NCBI RefSeq assembly: GCF_018350175.1
Contig: NC_058368.1
Coordinates: 118,980,001-119,044,000 of the forward strand
Length of the DNA: 64,000 nt
DNA from: Felis catus
Taxonomy: Eukaryota
Reading direction: 5' to 3'
How positions within the stretch are numbered: the first letter of the stretch is position 1; each line of letters begins with the position of its first letter. Of the stretch, positions 46,353-60,559 are shown in pieces. A program made the translations under genes and the position numbers. Under the pieces are notes generated by a model. It did no database searches, was not told the DNA's origin, and worked only from the letters and a program-made list of their open reading frames with translations.

Positions 46353-49300
46353 CAAACATCCAGCCCTATAAATAAGACAGTCATGCCTTATTGACAGTCT
46401 AGTAGTCTATGGTTTTGTGATCATAAACATCCACTTCTTAGAAGTCTGAGTTCTTAAGCTACACATGGGAGAAGAGAGTAGAGTGGGGGATAGGTGAGAG
46501 AGAATGTGTACATTGTTTGGGCTTCATGAATGTGAGTAGACAGAGGAGTGAGGAGGTACAGGTTCATTCAGCAGCTACTTTTGAAATAAGAGACCAATAC
46601 ATATGTTAAAACTATTTTGGAGATTGATATGGCTTCCCTTGGGAAAGGACCAAGGTCTTAAACAAAGACCTTTCATGAGAAGCCACAAATAATAAAAGCC
46701 ACTCATTTAAAGAAAGCATGCAGAGAGAGAAGAGACTAACCTGAGGGAAATGCTGAGAAAAAGGGAAGCCCTGAGAAATAAGGAAGGACCTGAGTCAAGA
46801 GAAAGGGCAGTTGGGGGGTGGGGGGTGGGGGGACAAGTAAAACCTATCATGCTTAAAGAAATTAGCATAACTGTCTTAGTTCTTTGCCAAGAGTAGTCTC
46901 AGGGATTGAGGCAGCTAGATGGAGTCCAGAAGGATGAGGGACCATGATTTTGGCCCTAAAAACTTCCTTGCAGTTCCACTAGACTCTCCCCACTCCCACC
47001 CCACCACTCAACAGCACTAAATCTGATTTTGCTTCTCTATGAATCCCTCTTTAATGTCTCAAGGCAGAATAAGGCACGGTCTCATTTTTACCCCCATAAC
47101 TCCTACCCTCCTCACTCTTTTAATAAGGATTAATTATTTTATTCCATGTTGCTTGCTTGTCTAACCACAGCTAACCTGACTGTGGACTTATGGGTAAGAA
47201 TTTTGTTTAGGTCCTCTTTTAATTTCTAGAGCCTGGTGCAGATATCTTGTTGATACTTAATAAACGTCTAAGAAATGGAGGAAGAATAAAGGAGGAGTTA
47301 AGTGACTATTCTAGTTGCTAGATAGAAAGAAACATTTGGTGAGACTTCAGACATGCATTCATTCATTCATTTACTAATTTATTCATTCATTCACTCATTC
47401 ATTTAACCAACCAACAAATACCAGCATTTGCTAAATGCCAACCACTGGAATAAGAAATGATCCTAGCCCTTAAGGGTTGAATCCCCATCAACAGGCAAAC
47501 AAAATGCAGTGTGACATAACGAGGTGCATAGCGGCGATGAACATACATTCTGAGTGTAATTAATGTCACTGAATTGTGTACTTAGCAATTGTTAAAATGG
47601 CTGACTTTATCATGTATATATTGGATCAAAATAATATTTAAAACTGTGTATCACGTACTTAATGGCAGTCCAATGACTTGCAAACCAACCTATAGTCCTG
47701 GAAATCAGAGTGTAGGTGTGGGATTGTGGGATTTTTATTGGAAAGGAGTAACAGTAAACCTTTTGGGAAGAAGAAAAGTTTTTTTTTTCTGTTGTATACA
47801 ATTATGTGTATACAACTATCGAAACTCATCAAACTCAACATTTAAGATCTGTGCTTTTGATTGTATGTTAGCTATTTCCCAATTATGAAGGAAGGTAAAA
47901 CAGAAAAGGAGGTAGAAAAGGAGTTTATATGAGCAAGAGGGTGGCTGGGCACCAACTCCCAGGAGTGGATACGAGTCAGGGAAGGCTTCTTTTTTTTTTT
48001 TTTTTTTTTTTTTTTTGTCTTGTGGGGAAAAGAAAAAAAAATCTTTTGTTTAGAGTTCTATTAGTGATACTATAACATTGAATACTGACCCCTCCCCCCC
48101 CACCCCCCACATGCATTGTTTTATCTGATTGAGGGCATAAGAAGGGAGTGTAGGTGCAAGGACATTCTCTCCCATCTCTCATAATAGGAATCATGCGTAA
48201 CTAGCCATATGAATAAAGTTTAGGGAAGGCTTCTTAAAGGACACCGAGCTAAGCATGTGCAGCATCAAGGAGATGTTTACGTATTTGAAGAAAGGGAAGC
48301 GACTCAGAGATGGGAAGTGACATGTCCAAGGTCACGTCGCTGACTGATGGCAGGGCTGGATATAAAACCCAGTTTTCTGATTCCCAACCCAGGGTTCAGT
48401 CCCTGAACCTGTTGTTTGGATTGTCATCTAATGTCTTTTGGTCTCATTGTGCCATGTTCTTCTCTGTGATCCTGCATTTGCCAGACACTAGACCTTCAAA
48501 CTGGGTTCTGTTAATGGGAGGCAGCAGTGGAAAACAAGAAGGCAGGAGGCAGGAAAAGGGGCAGCATGCAGCTCCAGATCCACTGTTTCCTGGTAGTATT
48601 CCAAGTTATCAGTGACAGACATCCGTTAGAACACCAGCCCTGCAGCGTCCCCTGAGAGCATCAAATATTGACTACCTAGCGAACCCACCGAGGGTTCCCA
48701 TGGCCAAGCCCCTAACTTCAGAGGTGTGGGTTCAGGCAATACAGTCCCCCTCAGAGGTCTGAACTGAAACGAAAACCTAAGTCATGATCTGTTCCCCCAA
48801 ACTATCCCTTCTCCCAGTGCTTTCAAGCTGAGTGAATGACATCAGGTTCCCCACATGGCTATCCTTGACACCTCCCTCTCCCTCACTCCCTCACTCCCTC
48901 TACCCCAACCCCACACCAAGTCCTGGCCATTTTGCTTCCTAGAAATCTCTTAGATATAGTCAGTTCTCCTCCCCACTCCCATCCTATGCTTCCCTACCAT
49001 CATCTCTTGGCTTCTATAATAAACTCCTAACTGATCTAGCATTCACTCTGGCTTACATTACTGACTATCTATCTCCCTTTGTTTTAATGTGGTTTTCAGG
49101 CACCCAATCAGGAGACTTGGTGTCTACCCACAGCTCTGCGAGTATCCAGTACAGTGGTGAGCAGGTCAGTTAATTTCCCTAGTTTTTAGTTTCCTCAATT
49201 ATAAAAGAACAGGACCTATATATGCACCAGCATTTTTACTGGTCAAGGAAAGCTTTACAGAAAGCACCACACCTGGACATTGAAGGAGGAGAAGGATTTT

Positions 49301-49679
49301 GACTTGTGTTTCAGGCGAAAACTGTAGCCTGTAGAAAAGGTATTGTGCCCTTGTGTGTTTAGGAACAGCACAGAGAGTGCAAAGAGCCGACAAGTGAATT
49401 ACAAAGCTGACACGATGAGATGCCCCAGAATGGCGCCTTTCCCCAGTCTCCCTCATCTTATTAGATGGCACCACCAACTATGAATTGCTGAGTCCAGAAC
49501 CTAGGCATCATCTATGATTCCTCTCTTTCTCTCTGCTGACCCTATGGCCAAATGTAGCCACATTGCTTCCCACCTCCCACTGGTGTCCTCTGCTCCTGGA
49601 TTCCATTCCACCACTGCAGTAGCCTCTTACATGCTTTCTCTTCTTCCACATTTGTCCACTCAAAATGTGTACACAAAGT

Positions 49680-49904
49680 GGGGTGCCCGGGTTGCTCAGT
49701 CCCTTGAGTGTCCGACCCTTGATTTTGGCTCAGGTCATGACCTCGTGGTTTGTGAGTTGGAGCCCCACATTGGGCTCTGTGCTGACAGTGTAGATAGAGC
49801 CTGCTTGGGATTCTCTCTCTCCTTCTCTCTCTGCCTGCCCCCCCCCCACCCCGCACTTGTTCGCTCTCTCTGTCTCTCAAAATAAATAAATAAACTTAAA
49901 AAAA
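49680..49904 (+). mobile_element. Can-SINE
   Basis: ggggtgcccgggttgctcagtc...aaaataaataaataaac. Confidence 0.9.
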
Positions 49905-49950
49905 GAGGAAATCATATTAAAAAATATATACACAAAGCAGCCAGACTAGT

Positions 49951-50200
49951 CTTTTTATTTTTAAAAAAATAAAACAATTTTTTAATTTATTTTTGAAAGA
50001 GAGAGAGAGAGAGAGAGCGTGAGAGAGATCGAGCGAGCATGAGCAGGGGAGGGGCAGAGAAAGAGGGAGACACAGAATCTGAAGCAGGCTCCAAGCTCTG
50101 AGATGTCAGCACAGGGCCCGACGTGGGGCTTGAACTCACGAACTGAGATCATGACCTAAGTCAAAGTCGGCCACTTAACTGACTGACCCACCCAGGCGCC
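49951..50200 (-). mobile_element. Can-SINE
   Basis: Antisense. TSD actagtcttttt. Confidence 0.9.
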
Positions 50201-50339
50201 ACACCCCTCTCCCCAACTAGTCTTTTTAAAAAGATCCATCAGCTCATTTGCTTGCTTAAAACTCTCCTTTGGCTTCCTCCTGCACTTGGAATAAAATTCC
50301 GATTTCTTCCCAGGACTTAAAAGGCCCAGAATGATGGGA

Positions 50340-50690
50340 CTCTTACCATGGGTGCTGTGCTTTGTGTCCAGGTTCCCTTCCGGGGCAGAAGGACTTCTCT
50401 CAGCTGCTGGGAATGCAGCAGCCTGACAGCCCTCACTTCTCAGCCCTGGCTGTCCGGGAGTAGCCCATGTCCACTGACGGACTGCTCACATTGGGACATG
50501 GACTGTCTTCCTTCTCCCAACACTGAAGGGCCGTCCAGTTCAGAGCTCCCTGCAGGGCTGACTGAAGCCTTCTTATGACTGCATCACAGCCCAACTTCCC
50601 CCTCCGCCCAGCCTTCCTTCCTCCTCTTCTCCCGTGGTTGGTGATCCCAAGAGCTAGAGAACCCAACCGACAGCGGTCCCTGTGTAACTT
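50340..50690. mobile_element. Old ERVL-class solo LTR (LTR16-like)
   Basis: cagagctccctgcagggctgactgaagcct...gactgcatcacagcccaacttccccctccgcccagccttccttcc. Confidence 0.5.
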
Positions 50691-51579
50691 GCAAGCCACT
50701 GTCCTCCTCCAACAATCACTTCACAGTTCTTCCATCTCCTATGCTGCACCATGCTCCTTCTGGCCTCAGCTCCATTGTTGTTATTTGTTCCTTTGGTCTG
50801 GAAATTTCTTCCTGTTCTTTGCCCGATAAGTTCCTACTCAACCCTTCCTAGTTGCGTTCACAAGAGACTTCCTCAGGGAATTCATCCCTGATCTGTCAGA
50901 CCAGGGCAGGGGTCCCAGTTAAAATTCCAGCCACACCCTCTACTTTTTCTTGGCACTTAGCACTTGTCACATGTTAGAGATCTATCTTTTCTGCTGGAAT
51001 ATAAACTTCAGGAGGACGGTGATTTTGTCTGCTTTTTCACCATGTCTGCTCAGTAATGAAGCAGACTGTCTTACATTCAACAGATGCTTACTCTGTTGAC
51101 TTGTTGGATAAGTGAATGAATGAATGATTTAATTCCATGGTCTTATCCCTCTGTGATGGGCAGAAAAAGGCACTAATAAGGGCCTCTGAGTAACTGTGGC
51201 TGACAACAGCTTGTTTTTCCCACTCATCAGAAAAGGAAACAAAACAAAACAAAGCAACAGCAACAAAAGAAACAAAAGTAGCAACTTAAACAGAAGTCTC
51301 TGGCCCACATCCAGAGTGAGAAGCACACGTTCCTGGTTAGAGCTGTAGTCAGTGACGGCTGACTGGTAAAAGCTTCAGCCAATGGGATAATGAAAACATA
51401 ACAACCTCGGGAGAGATTAACAAAATCCCTTCCCTGTGTCCAGTGTGGAGCTAAGGGTGTCCCCCAACATGCACAATGTGCCAATTAAATTAGACTCAAT
51501 TCAAGAAGCATTCTCGCGGTTTCCATTTTTACATTGTAATCATCGATCTTTTTGGAACGTGGTACAACAAAACAGCCAA

Positions 51580-52550
51580 CTTAAAAACAAAAAACATATG
51601 AAGGCCCTTTAAACTGTGACTCAAAATCTAGAAGCCATAAAATAAAAGATTAATAACTTAAACTGTATAAACATTAAAACAATTTTGGAAGGCACGAACT
51701 CCATAAGTAGGGGCCAATACAAATGACACACTGATAAAAAGAACTGTATTTCATATTAGAAAGTATTTATTTATCTTTCTGATATATAAAGAATGATTGA
51801 AATGGATCAGCAAAAGACTAGCAACTGTGCAAAAGAATGGGCAGGGGATGGGTACAGATAATTCACAAAGAAGGCAAAATAAATGGTGTCTAAACATACA
51901 AGATTCTATTTCACTATGAGAGAAACCACATTGAGACACCATTTTCTACTTATGACATGAACAAAAGTCCAAGTTTTCAATCACTGATTCAATGGCAAGG
52001 CTGTTGAGAAGCAAGCACCTTCATTCATTGCTCATGGATGTGTAAATTGGTAAACTCGTAGGGAGGCTGATTTGACATCAATTAGCGATGCACATATCCT
52101 TCATCCCGGAAATTCCACTTTAAAGAATTTATCCAATAGTTGTACGTGAAGGGTCTATATAAAAAGTTATTCATTACAGCAGTTTGTAACAGCAAAAGAT
52201 TAGAAATAACCTATAGTGCATCAATCGTGAGACATTTTATGACTGATTTCTAAGTAGTTATTTGCAAAGAGGTTCAAGACATGTTGTTAGCTGAAAAAAA
52301 AACCCACAAAATGCACAAGTGTTATAGTAGCTACCTTTTATGTAACACAGAGGGAGAAATAAGAATATATATAATATTTTCTTAGAGAAATATGAGAATT
52401 TTTTCCCCTCTCTTATTGTGGTAGTGGTGAGGGGGGTGGGAACCAGGTAGAAGAAAGAAAGGTTGGGAGTTGGCTCATCACTGAATTTCTTTTATAATTT
52501 TTAGTTTTTTTACAATGTGAGACTAACCACTGAATATTCCCCGTTAAACA
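51580..52550 (+). mobile_element. Ancient L1 3' region
   Basis: agaagccataaaataaaagatt...cattcattgctcatggatgtgtaaattgg...aattccacttt...gaatttatcc. Confidence 0.7.
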
Positions 52551-54859
52551 TTGGTACAACCTATTCACAAATGACATAATAACACAGAGAAACACCTCAC
52601 ACTCTCCCAGGGCTGGAGATAGCAAAGATAGCTCTCATCTCAAAGAACTTGCAGTCTACTGTGATCCTATTGAAGCCCAGGAAAAGGGGGAGAGGACCAA
52701 AAAGATGATGATTATCAAAATGCGAGGCGAAGAAACCAAGCGTGATGCAAGAGAAGAATTAACAACAAAGCAGGGAGGGCTGGCTGGTTTAAGAGGCTGA
52801 GTTCAAAGAAGAGAAAGGAACAAGGTCTTTAACACAAAGCATGTTTGAGAAAGTGTAGATCAAGCCAGGCACTGTGCTGAGTCCTTTCTAGGGGGCCACA
52901 TTCTTTAATCTTCCCAACGACCAGGAGGAGATCAGTGTGGTTACCATCTCCATTGTTTGATGGGAAATGAGAGGTTGGGACACTTAGCTTGTAAGTGGTA
53001 GAGCAGGGATTCACATCCACATTTTCCTTCAGTGGCACACCTCCTTTTTAAAAAAGAGAGTATTGTTTTCAGGGAGGTAAATTTTACATGCAGTGAAATG
53101 CAAAGATCCCGAATACGTGTTCATTTGGGTGAGTTCTGACATATGTGCATCCTTTGGTCACCAATACTCCAGTCAAGAAAACTTTCATCACCCTAGAAAG
53201 TTCTGCCATGCTTCCTTCCAGTCAATCCTTGAACTGCCATAGAAAACCACTCCTCTGATTTCTATTGCGGTAGATTAGTATTAGTAGATTGTCTATGTTG
53301 TTGAATATATTGGTTCTGTGTTCATTTTTACTGCTCAGTATTCCATATATTCTACTTTATGACATTCTATAATCTATAATTCTATAACTTACTTCTGCTG
53401 ATGGATATCTGAGTTGTGGTCCTGTTTTGTATATTAGCAAAAGAGCTGGTATGAATATTCTTGTACAGCTCTTTGTGTGGATGCATGCTTTTGTTTCTCT
53501 TGAGGGAGCACCCAGGAGTAGAACTGCTGGGTTACAGAAGCAATGTATCTTTAACCTTGTAAGGAATTGCAAGATTTAAAAAGTGGCTATTCCACTTGCA
53601 ATCCCATCAGAAACGTGTGAGAATTCCACCTGCTCAATGAGCTCACCAAAATCTTGTATTGTCTTTTTGATTTTTAGTTGCTCTAGGGGATATAAAATGG
53701 TTTATCTCATGGTTTTAATGAAAGGCACTGAGCGCTTTTTCATGTGCTGTTGGCCACTCAGACATCTGTTAAAGTATCCATTCAAGTATTTTGCCCATTT
53801 CTATTGATTCTTTGTTGTTGTTGCCATTGATTTGCAAGAGTTTTTATACATTTGAATGCAAATCTTTTATTACACATATGCATTACAAATATTTTATCCC
53901 TATCTTTCAATGATCAGAAGTTTCACATCTTCACAAAGTCTAATTTATCATTTATGATTAATGCTTTTTGTGTCCTCTAAGAAGTCTTTGTTTATCCCAA
54001 GCTCATGCATGTATTATCCTTTCTTCCCCCTAGAAGTATTCATGTTTATGCCTATAGTTTAGGATTTTGTGTTTAGTTCTGGGATCCATTTAGTTCTAGG
54101 ATCTATATATGGTATAAGGTAAGTGTTAAGGTTCTTTCTTTCTTTCCTTGTTCCTATATGCTTATCCAGTTTTCCAGGACAAGTCACTGAAAAGATATTG
54201 TCCCAACACATTGCCTTGGATTTATTATCATAAATCAATTAAAAATGCCTATGGTCCATTTCTGGCCTCTGCATTCTGATTCATTGATCCATGTGTTTAC
54301 ACTTATGCCACTGCCACTCTGTCTTGATTCCTGTAGCTTCTTGGTAAGCCTTGCAATCAGGTAGATTGAGTTTTCCAAATTCGCTCTTCTAGTTCAAAAT
54401 TGTCTTGACTGTTCTAGGTTCTTTGCATTTCTATAAATATTTTAGAATCATCACATCACTTTCCTCAAAAAACCTACTTGCCTCTTACTAGGAAGGTTGT
54501 GAATGTCTCTCAAGGAAGGACAAATGACTTCCAAGGAATTTGTCCAATTAATCTAAGTTGTTAGGTTTTATTGGCATAAAGTTGTTTATAATATGTCCTT
54601 ATTACCCTTTTAATGTCTGTGGGATCTGCACTGACATGCCCTCTTTTGTTTCTGATATTCATAATTTGTGTTCTCATTATTTCTTCATTAATCTGTCTTA
54701 TTAGGGGTGTATCAATTTTATTAATATTTTCAAAGAATAAGCTTTTTAATTTGTTAGATTCTTTTGATTGTTTTTCTTTTCATTTCATTTCCTTGAATTT
54801 TGCTCTTTGTTTATTATTTCTCTCTATTTACTTTGCAATCTGTTCTTCTCTTTCTAGTT

Positions 54860-55056
54860 TCTTTCTTTCTTTCTTTCTTTCTTTAATTTATTTGGGATTC
54901 TTTATATTTATTTGGGAGAGAGAGAAAGAGAGAGATAGTTAGCCAGGGAGAGGGGAAAAAGAGAGAATTGCAAGCTTCTTCCATGTTCAGTGTGGAGCCC
55001 GATGTGGGGCTTGATCTCACGAGTCAGACACTCAACAGACTGAGCCACCAAGGTGC
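54860..55056 (-). mobile_element. Can-SINE in L1
   Basis: Antisense. TSD tctctttctagtttct. Confidence 0.82.
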
Positions 55057-55104
55057 TCTCTTTCTAGTTTCTAAAGTAGAAACAGAGATTACTGATTTTT
55101 GCCC

Positions 55105-55339
55105 TTTTTTCTTTTCTTTAAAAAAATTTTTTTAACATTTATTTATCATTGAGAGACAGAGAGACACAGAGCGTGAGCAGGGGAGGAGCAGAGACAGGGA
55201 AGACACAGAATCTGAAGCAGGCTCCAGGCTATGAGCGGTCAGCACAGAGCCTGACGCGGGCTTACAAACTCACAAACTGGGAGATCATGACCTGAGCGGA
55301 AGTCAGTTGACCAACCAACTGAGCCACCCAGGCGCCCCC
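55105..55339 (-). mobile_element. Can-SINE in L1
   Basis: Antisense head gagccacccaggcgcccc. Confidence 0.9.
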
Positions 55340-56299
55340 CTTTTTTCTTTTCTAATATGATCATGTAAATTTATAAATTTCCTTCTAAATGCTGCTTTAG
55401 CAGCATTACACACACTTTGCCAAGCTGTATTTTCTTTAGCACCATTTTGAAATATTTTCTGATTTCCCTTGTAATTCCTTCCGTGATGCACATGCTATTT
55501 GAAAATGTGTCGTTTAGTTCTAAAATATTGGGCATTTTTGAGATTTCTTATTGCTATTAAATTCTAACTTAATTTCATTGTGGGTAGAGAATATGCTTTT
55601 ATTTCAATTTTTTAAAATTGATTGAGACTCATTTTAGAGCCCAAGATAAGGTGTATCCTGGTGAATGTTCCATGTCCACTTAAAAATAATATATATTCTG
55701 CAGTGATTTCACATGGTTTATAAATGCCATTTAGGTCAAGGTGATTGGTGGTGTTTGGATATTCTATACACATCACTTGCTACCGTTTACTTGCATACTT
55801 GTCCTATCAATCACTGGAACAGGGAGGTTAAGGTGAACTATAACTGTAAATCTATCTAATTCCGTCTTTAGTTTTGTCAATTTTTGCTTTGTAGATCTGG
55901 AATCTCTGTTTCTAAGTTCATACACATTTAAAACTGCTATGTCTTCCTGATGAAATGGCCATTTTGTCCTTATGAAAAGTTTGTTTTTATCTCTAATGTT
56001 ATTCCTTATGAAATCATCGTTGATGTAATATAGCCACACTGGCTTTCTTAGGCTCACAGTTTGCAGGGTCTCTTCTTTCCATCCTTTTGTTTTTAAACTA
56101 ACTTTATATTTAAAGTTTATGACTTACAGACAACAAATAGTTTGGTCTTGCTTTTGTATCCAGTGTAAAAATCTCTGCCTCTTAGTTGGAGGCTTAGCCT
56201 ATTTGCTCTTAATGTAATTGTTGGTAATGGAATGGTTTTCAATTTTTAAAAATTTAAAAAATTTATTTAAATTCAAGTTAATAGTTATTATAAGGTTGT

Positions 56300-56512
56300 T
56301 TTTAAAAAATGTTTATTTATTTTTGAGAGAGAGAAAAAGAGAGCACAAGCACGGGAGAGGCAGAAGAGAGGGAGACATAGAATCCGAAGCAGGCTCCAGG
56401 CTCTGAGCTGTCAGCACACAGCCCGATGGGGGGCTTGAATTCACAAACCATGAGATCATGACCTGAGCTGAAGTCGGATGCTAAACCAACAGAGTCACCC
56501 ACCCAGGTGCCC
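56300..56512 (-). mobile_element. Can-SINE in L1
   Basis: Antisense. TSD ataaggttg. Confidence 0.9.
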
Positions 56513-59500
56513 CATAAGGTTGGTTGTAATTCTACCATCTTGCTATTTGTTTTCTATGGGTCTACGTCCCTTCATTCCTCTCTTTGTTCTTTCCTGTTTC
56601 CTGTTAGGCTAATCAAATACTAAAAAGAAAATATTCTGCTTAATTCCTTTATTGACTTTTTAACCTTTTCTCTAGGGATTACAATAGGCAGTCTATATGA
56701 ATCGCTTTATATAAAATACTTAGAAAAGGGTTCCATTTTCTCTATGTCCTTTGTGCTGTTCTTGTCGTATGTCTTCCATCGGATACATAGCAGAAACAAG
56801 ATAGATACACACTGAATGCATGTATAGCATGTCAGAATAAAATATCTAAGAGAAGGGAAGTGTTGCATTATAACTTTGACTGTGGTCAGTCCTGCTACAT
56901 TCCCTATGTCCAAGATTGGTAGTATTTTTATGGATTCACTGAGATCATCATCCTCAGTTCACTGCTTACTGAGTATCTAGGGGGTGCAGTTGTGACAGAG
57001 TAGAAAGAACAGTAAACTTAGAGTCAGGACCTTTGTTTCAAGCTATAGAAACCCAAGTCAAAGTGCCGGAGTTAAAAGCAAAAAGGAACAGGTATTTATT
57101 AACTTTAAACATTGACGAGTTTAGGAATGCAGCATCAGGGACTCAGAAAAATTTTGATTAAGCCTCCCTGTATCTGTCTCTCTCTACTCTCTCACCTGTT
57201 TCTGCTTCTCTTTTGGGCGCCGGATTCATTCTCTCCACTAGAGTTAGACTCTCCCCACTTTGCAGGACAGATAATTTCTGGAAACCCGCAGCCTATATTT
57301 TTTCAGCTTAGCAAAGTTACAGGATTCTTATTGGCTCAGCTTAAGCCACATGATCTGTCCTGAACCAATCATTGTATACCAGGGAATGTGACTGACAAAG
57401 ACTGAGCCCTGAGCTCTCTCACTAGTTGGTCAGGGAATCATTGATAGTCCCAACAGGGTCTCATGGAATGAGAGATGAGATATTCAAAGGAATCTGGACA
57501 AAACAAATGGGAAAGTCTGTTGGCCAGAACAAATCTGGTCAATAATGTCTTTTAAAGTCCTATCTCCATGATTTTCTGTATGACTTTAGCCAAATCACCT
57601 CCCTTCTTTAGCTTCATTTCTCATCTGCATAACGATCTCTGATAGTTCTTCTGTCTCTAACATTAGAAGCAATAGGACTGTCCTTCAAAAGTGGAATGAA
57701 TAAATTAAAGAATATTCAGATAACGAAATACAACACAGTAACAAAAATTAATTAACCAAAGTGAACTATTTCAACATGCGTAAATCTCAAAAACATAAGG
57801 TTGATCAGAAGTGTAACTTGAAAAAGGCTATGCTCAATATTCTATGCTTAAATAAAATTTTAGAAGACAAGATAAGAATATAAAAGCATGATTCACTCCC
57901 AATTTGGGACTGTGGCCATGGGTGTGAAGGGGAGGATGGGGGTGGGGGTTGGGTGAGTACAGCGGGGGCTTTAACTCTTTAGTATCTGTAATGTCAATTC
58001 TTACAAAAGATGGGAAAAAAGTATGGCATCATATTATGGTTTGATAAAGTTGAGTGGCAGGGGCATGGGTATTTATTACTCTATACACTAAGACTCTCTG
58101 TATGGTTAAAATATTTCAAAACAATAACAATGATAGCTACTGATACAATACTATTTATCATGTTGTAGGTATTCATCTAATTACATAAATCAACTCGTTT
58201 AATCTGTGTATTAGTTACCTGTTGGATGGTACACAGAATGGGTAATTCTGAATCACTGCACAGGGAACCAGTGGGAACCAACTCCAGAACTATGGGATGT
58301 GGTGGACTGATGGAAGCTAAGAATACTAGCCCAAGGCTGAAGATCTAGAAAGATTTCAGGGTGGAGAGAGGCATCTGAGAGCTAGGCTTTAGGAAGAGCA
58401 AGGGCAAACTGGGAGATCAGAGGGAGGAGTCCAAGAGTAGAGAAAGAACCAGAGGCTCCCCACAGCAGAGAGGGCATTAGCCTGGTGGCTGAGAGGTGGG
58501 CGAGTGGAGATGGACCGTGTTTTGTTTACTCCTCACCATGGCCTTGATGGGTTAGTACTATAATGCCCATTTTGTGGATGAGGAAACTGAGTTCCTACTG
58601 TGTACTCTCTGAGACTTAGTTCCTGAGAGTGAATCCTTCAGTTCTGAAAGGGAAAAAAAATTATGACCTTTACTTTCTGTTGCCTCTTCCCAACTTGCAC
58701 AGTTTCTGAGAAGCTCCGGGCAATGACCTAAAAAAAAAAAATCTTCCTTGCTGCTAAATATAGATGAGTGAAATTACTCATTATTAGATAGTTCTTGCCT
58801 TAAAAATATGCAGATAGATTCCTGGAATGGTGGAGTAGGGAAGAAAATAGCCTTATTTAAAAAAAGAATAATTGGGACTATTAGAGGTGGCTAATGCATT
58901 CAAGTTTCACAACGAGAGTAAACTCCAGGTAAGACTGTGTCATCAGGAAGTTTGCTTCGGTGGCGCTCTCCCTCTCTGCCCAGGCACTCCTAGGAAGAGA
59001 GGTGGACTTTATAGGGGTTCTCCTGGCAGTGAGTATCACCGCATTTAGTGAGGACGGAGGACCAGCAGGAGGCCAGGCCCTGCATGTAGATGCCTGGGAC
59101 AGGTCTGCCCCTCAAGCTGCTGACAGCTTAGTAGCAGTTAATAGCAGGGCACAGAAAGCCTTCACAACTTCTGCCCCTAAAATTAAGTTTCTGTCAGTTT
59201 GCCTGTCATCGCATCACAGGAAACAGCTGGATGAACTTTTACGAAATCTGGAGGGTATGTTTGGGATAGTCTGACATAAAAAGTAGCCTCTAAGTGCACA
59301 AAAATTAAATTTGAAGGAGTCCCAGGAGGGCGTTTCAAATGGATGACCAATTGCCCTCCAGTGCACCTGAAACTGAACAGGACTGCAACTGGGAGGAGTG
59401 CACGGCACATGCTAACACTATTCAGAGCAGCTGATATTTGTTGAGTGTGTACTATATATTAAGATGAAGTGGACAGAGAACAAAACAGTGGTTTTATATA

Positions 59501-60559
59501 CAAGCCTCAGTAGGAAAGTCACTGAGGGCAGATGCTCCCAATTGTCAACACTCATTAGCAATGATCTAGTTGCTTCTCACCAGGGTGAATAATATATGAA
59601 CCGGTCCAGGATGAGTAGCAGCAAGGATTTATTTATTTCACTATTTTTAGTAATTCTCCTGAGCATGGCAGGGAGGCCAGTTACTTCTTTTATTACTACC
59701 ATTAATAATAGCTACCATTTGCCATGTGCTCGCTATGTGCCAGGCAAGGAGCCACATTGCTATTATAGGGGTTACCGCTCCATATTATGGAGAAGGAAGC
59801 TGAGGCTGAGTAATTAACCACCAACATGTGCTAGACTGCCATGATTACGATAAAATATTCTCATACCCAAATCAGACCTATGGGACGACAAAAAAATTTC
59901 TGGGTGAGTTGCACATTTAAAAGAGTTTTAGCAAAATATAAAAATTCACATGTACTTTATTCATAGTAAGTCCCTTTTATTGAAAATATTAAAATGATAC
60001 CAAATGAACACAGTCCTTGGAAAGTTCATTTTGGAGGAGTCTTGGTTTGGGGGACAGAGGAGGAAATTATTCCTATCACAGGGGTCAGATCTGGCACTTG
60101 ACTCCTCTTGGCATCAGCTCTGTGCTGTTTAAGCCTTTCTACCCGGATTTCTAGGGCTGCCACGAGTCCCGCTTCCTTCCGCTGCCAGTCCTGACACTCA
60201 GATCTAATCACACACCTCTTCTGCTAAGAAACCTTTAACACTTCATGATCTCCACAATTGAACCCAGACTCCTTCACACAGCTTCCGGGGCTCTCCACAG
60301 TCTGGTCACAGCCTGAATAATCAGTCTCTATCTAAATCTCTTACCAAGAATACTTCTACATGTTAAAAAGATAATTGAATAACTTCAATTAAAAAGAATC
60401 TTAAACACAAAAATAATTTTGTTTAAATAAAATCATACTTAAACATTTATATTTGTAACGCACATTGGAGTTTAGACAGTAAGCTCACATCCCTCGGGTC
60501 ATTTCATATTCATGACAACCCTACCAGGCAGGCAGGTGTGAGCATCCCTGGTTTTTAAC

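Larger units (their letters stand above)
53060..56900 (-). mobile_element. Decayed antisense L1 (ORF2 remnants incl. endonuclease region), interrupted by three Can-SINEs
   Basis: Remnants HQEDIAVLNVYE...KQKLTKLKTELDRFTVIV...VIDRTS and WQSVCNAAKAAFRRKFINL..IRKE. 3' UTR motifs at 53060-53500. Confidence 0.85.

Noticed and set aside
46077..46394. SIHP-repeat ORFs
   Set aside because: Translations of (TCCA)n.
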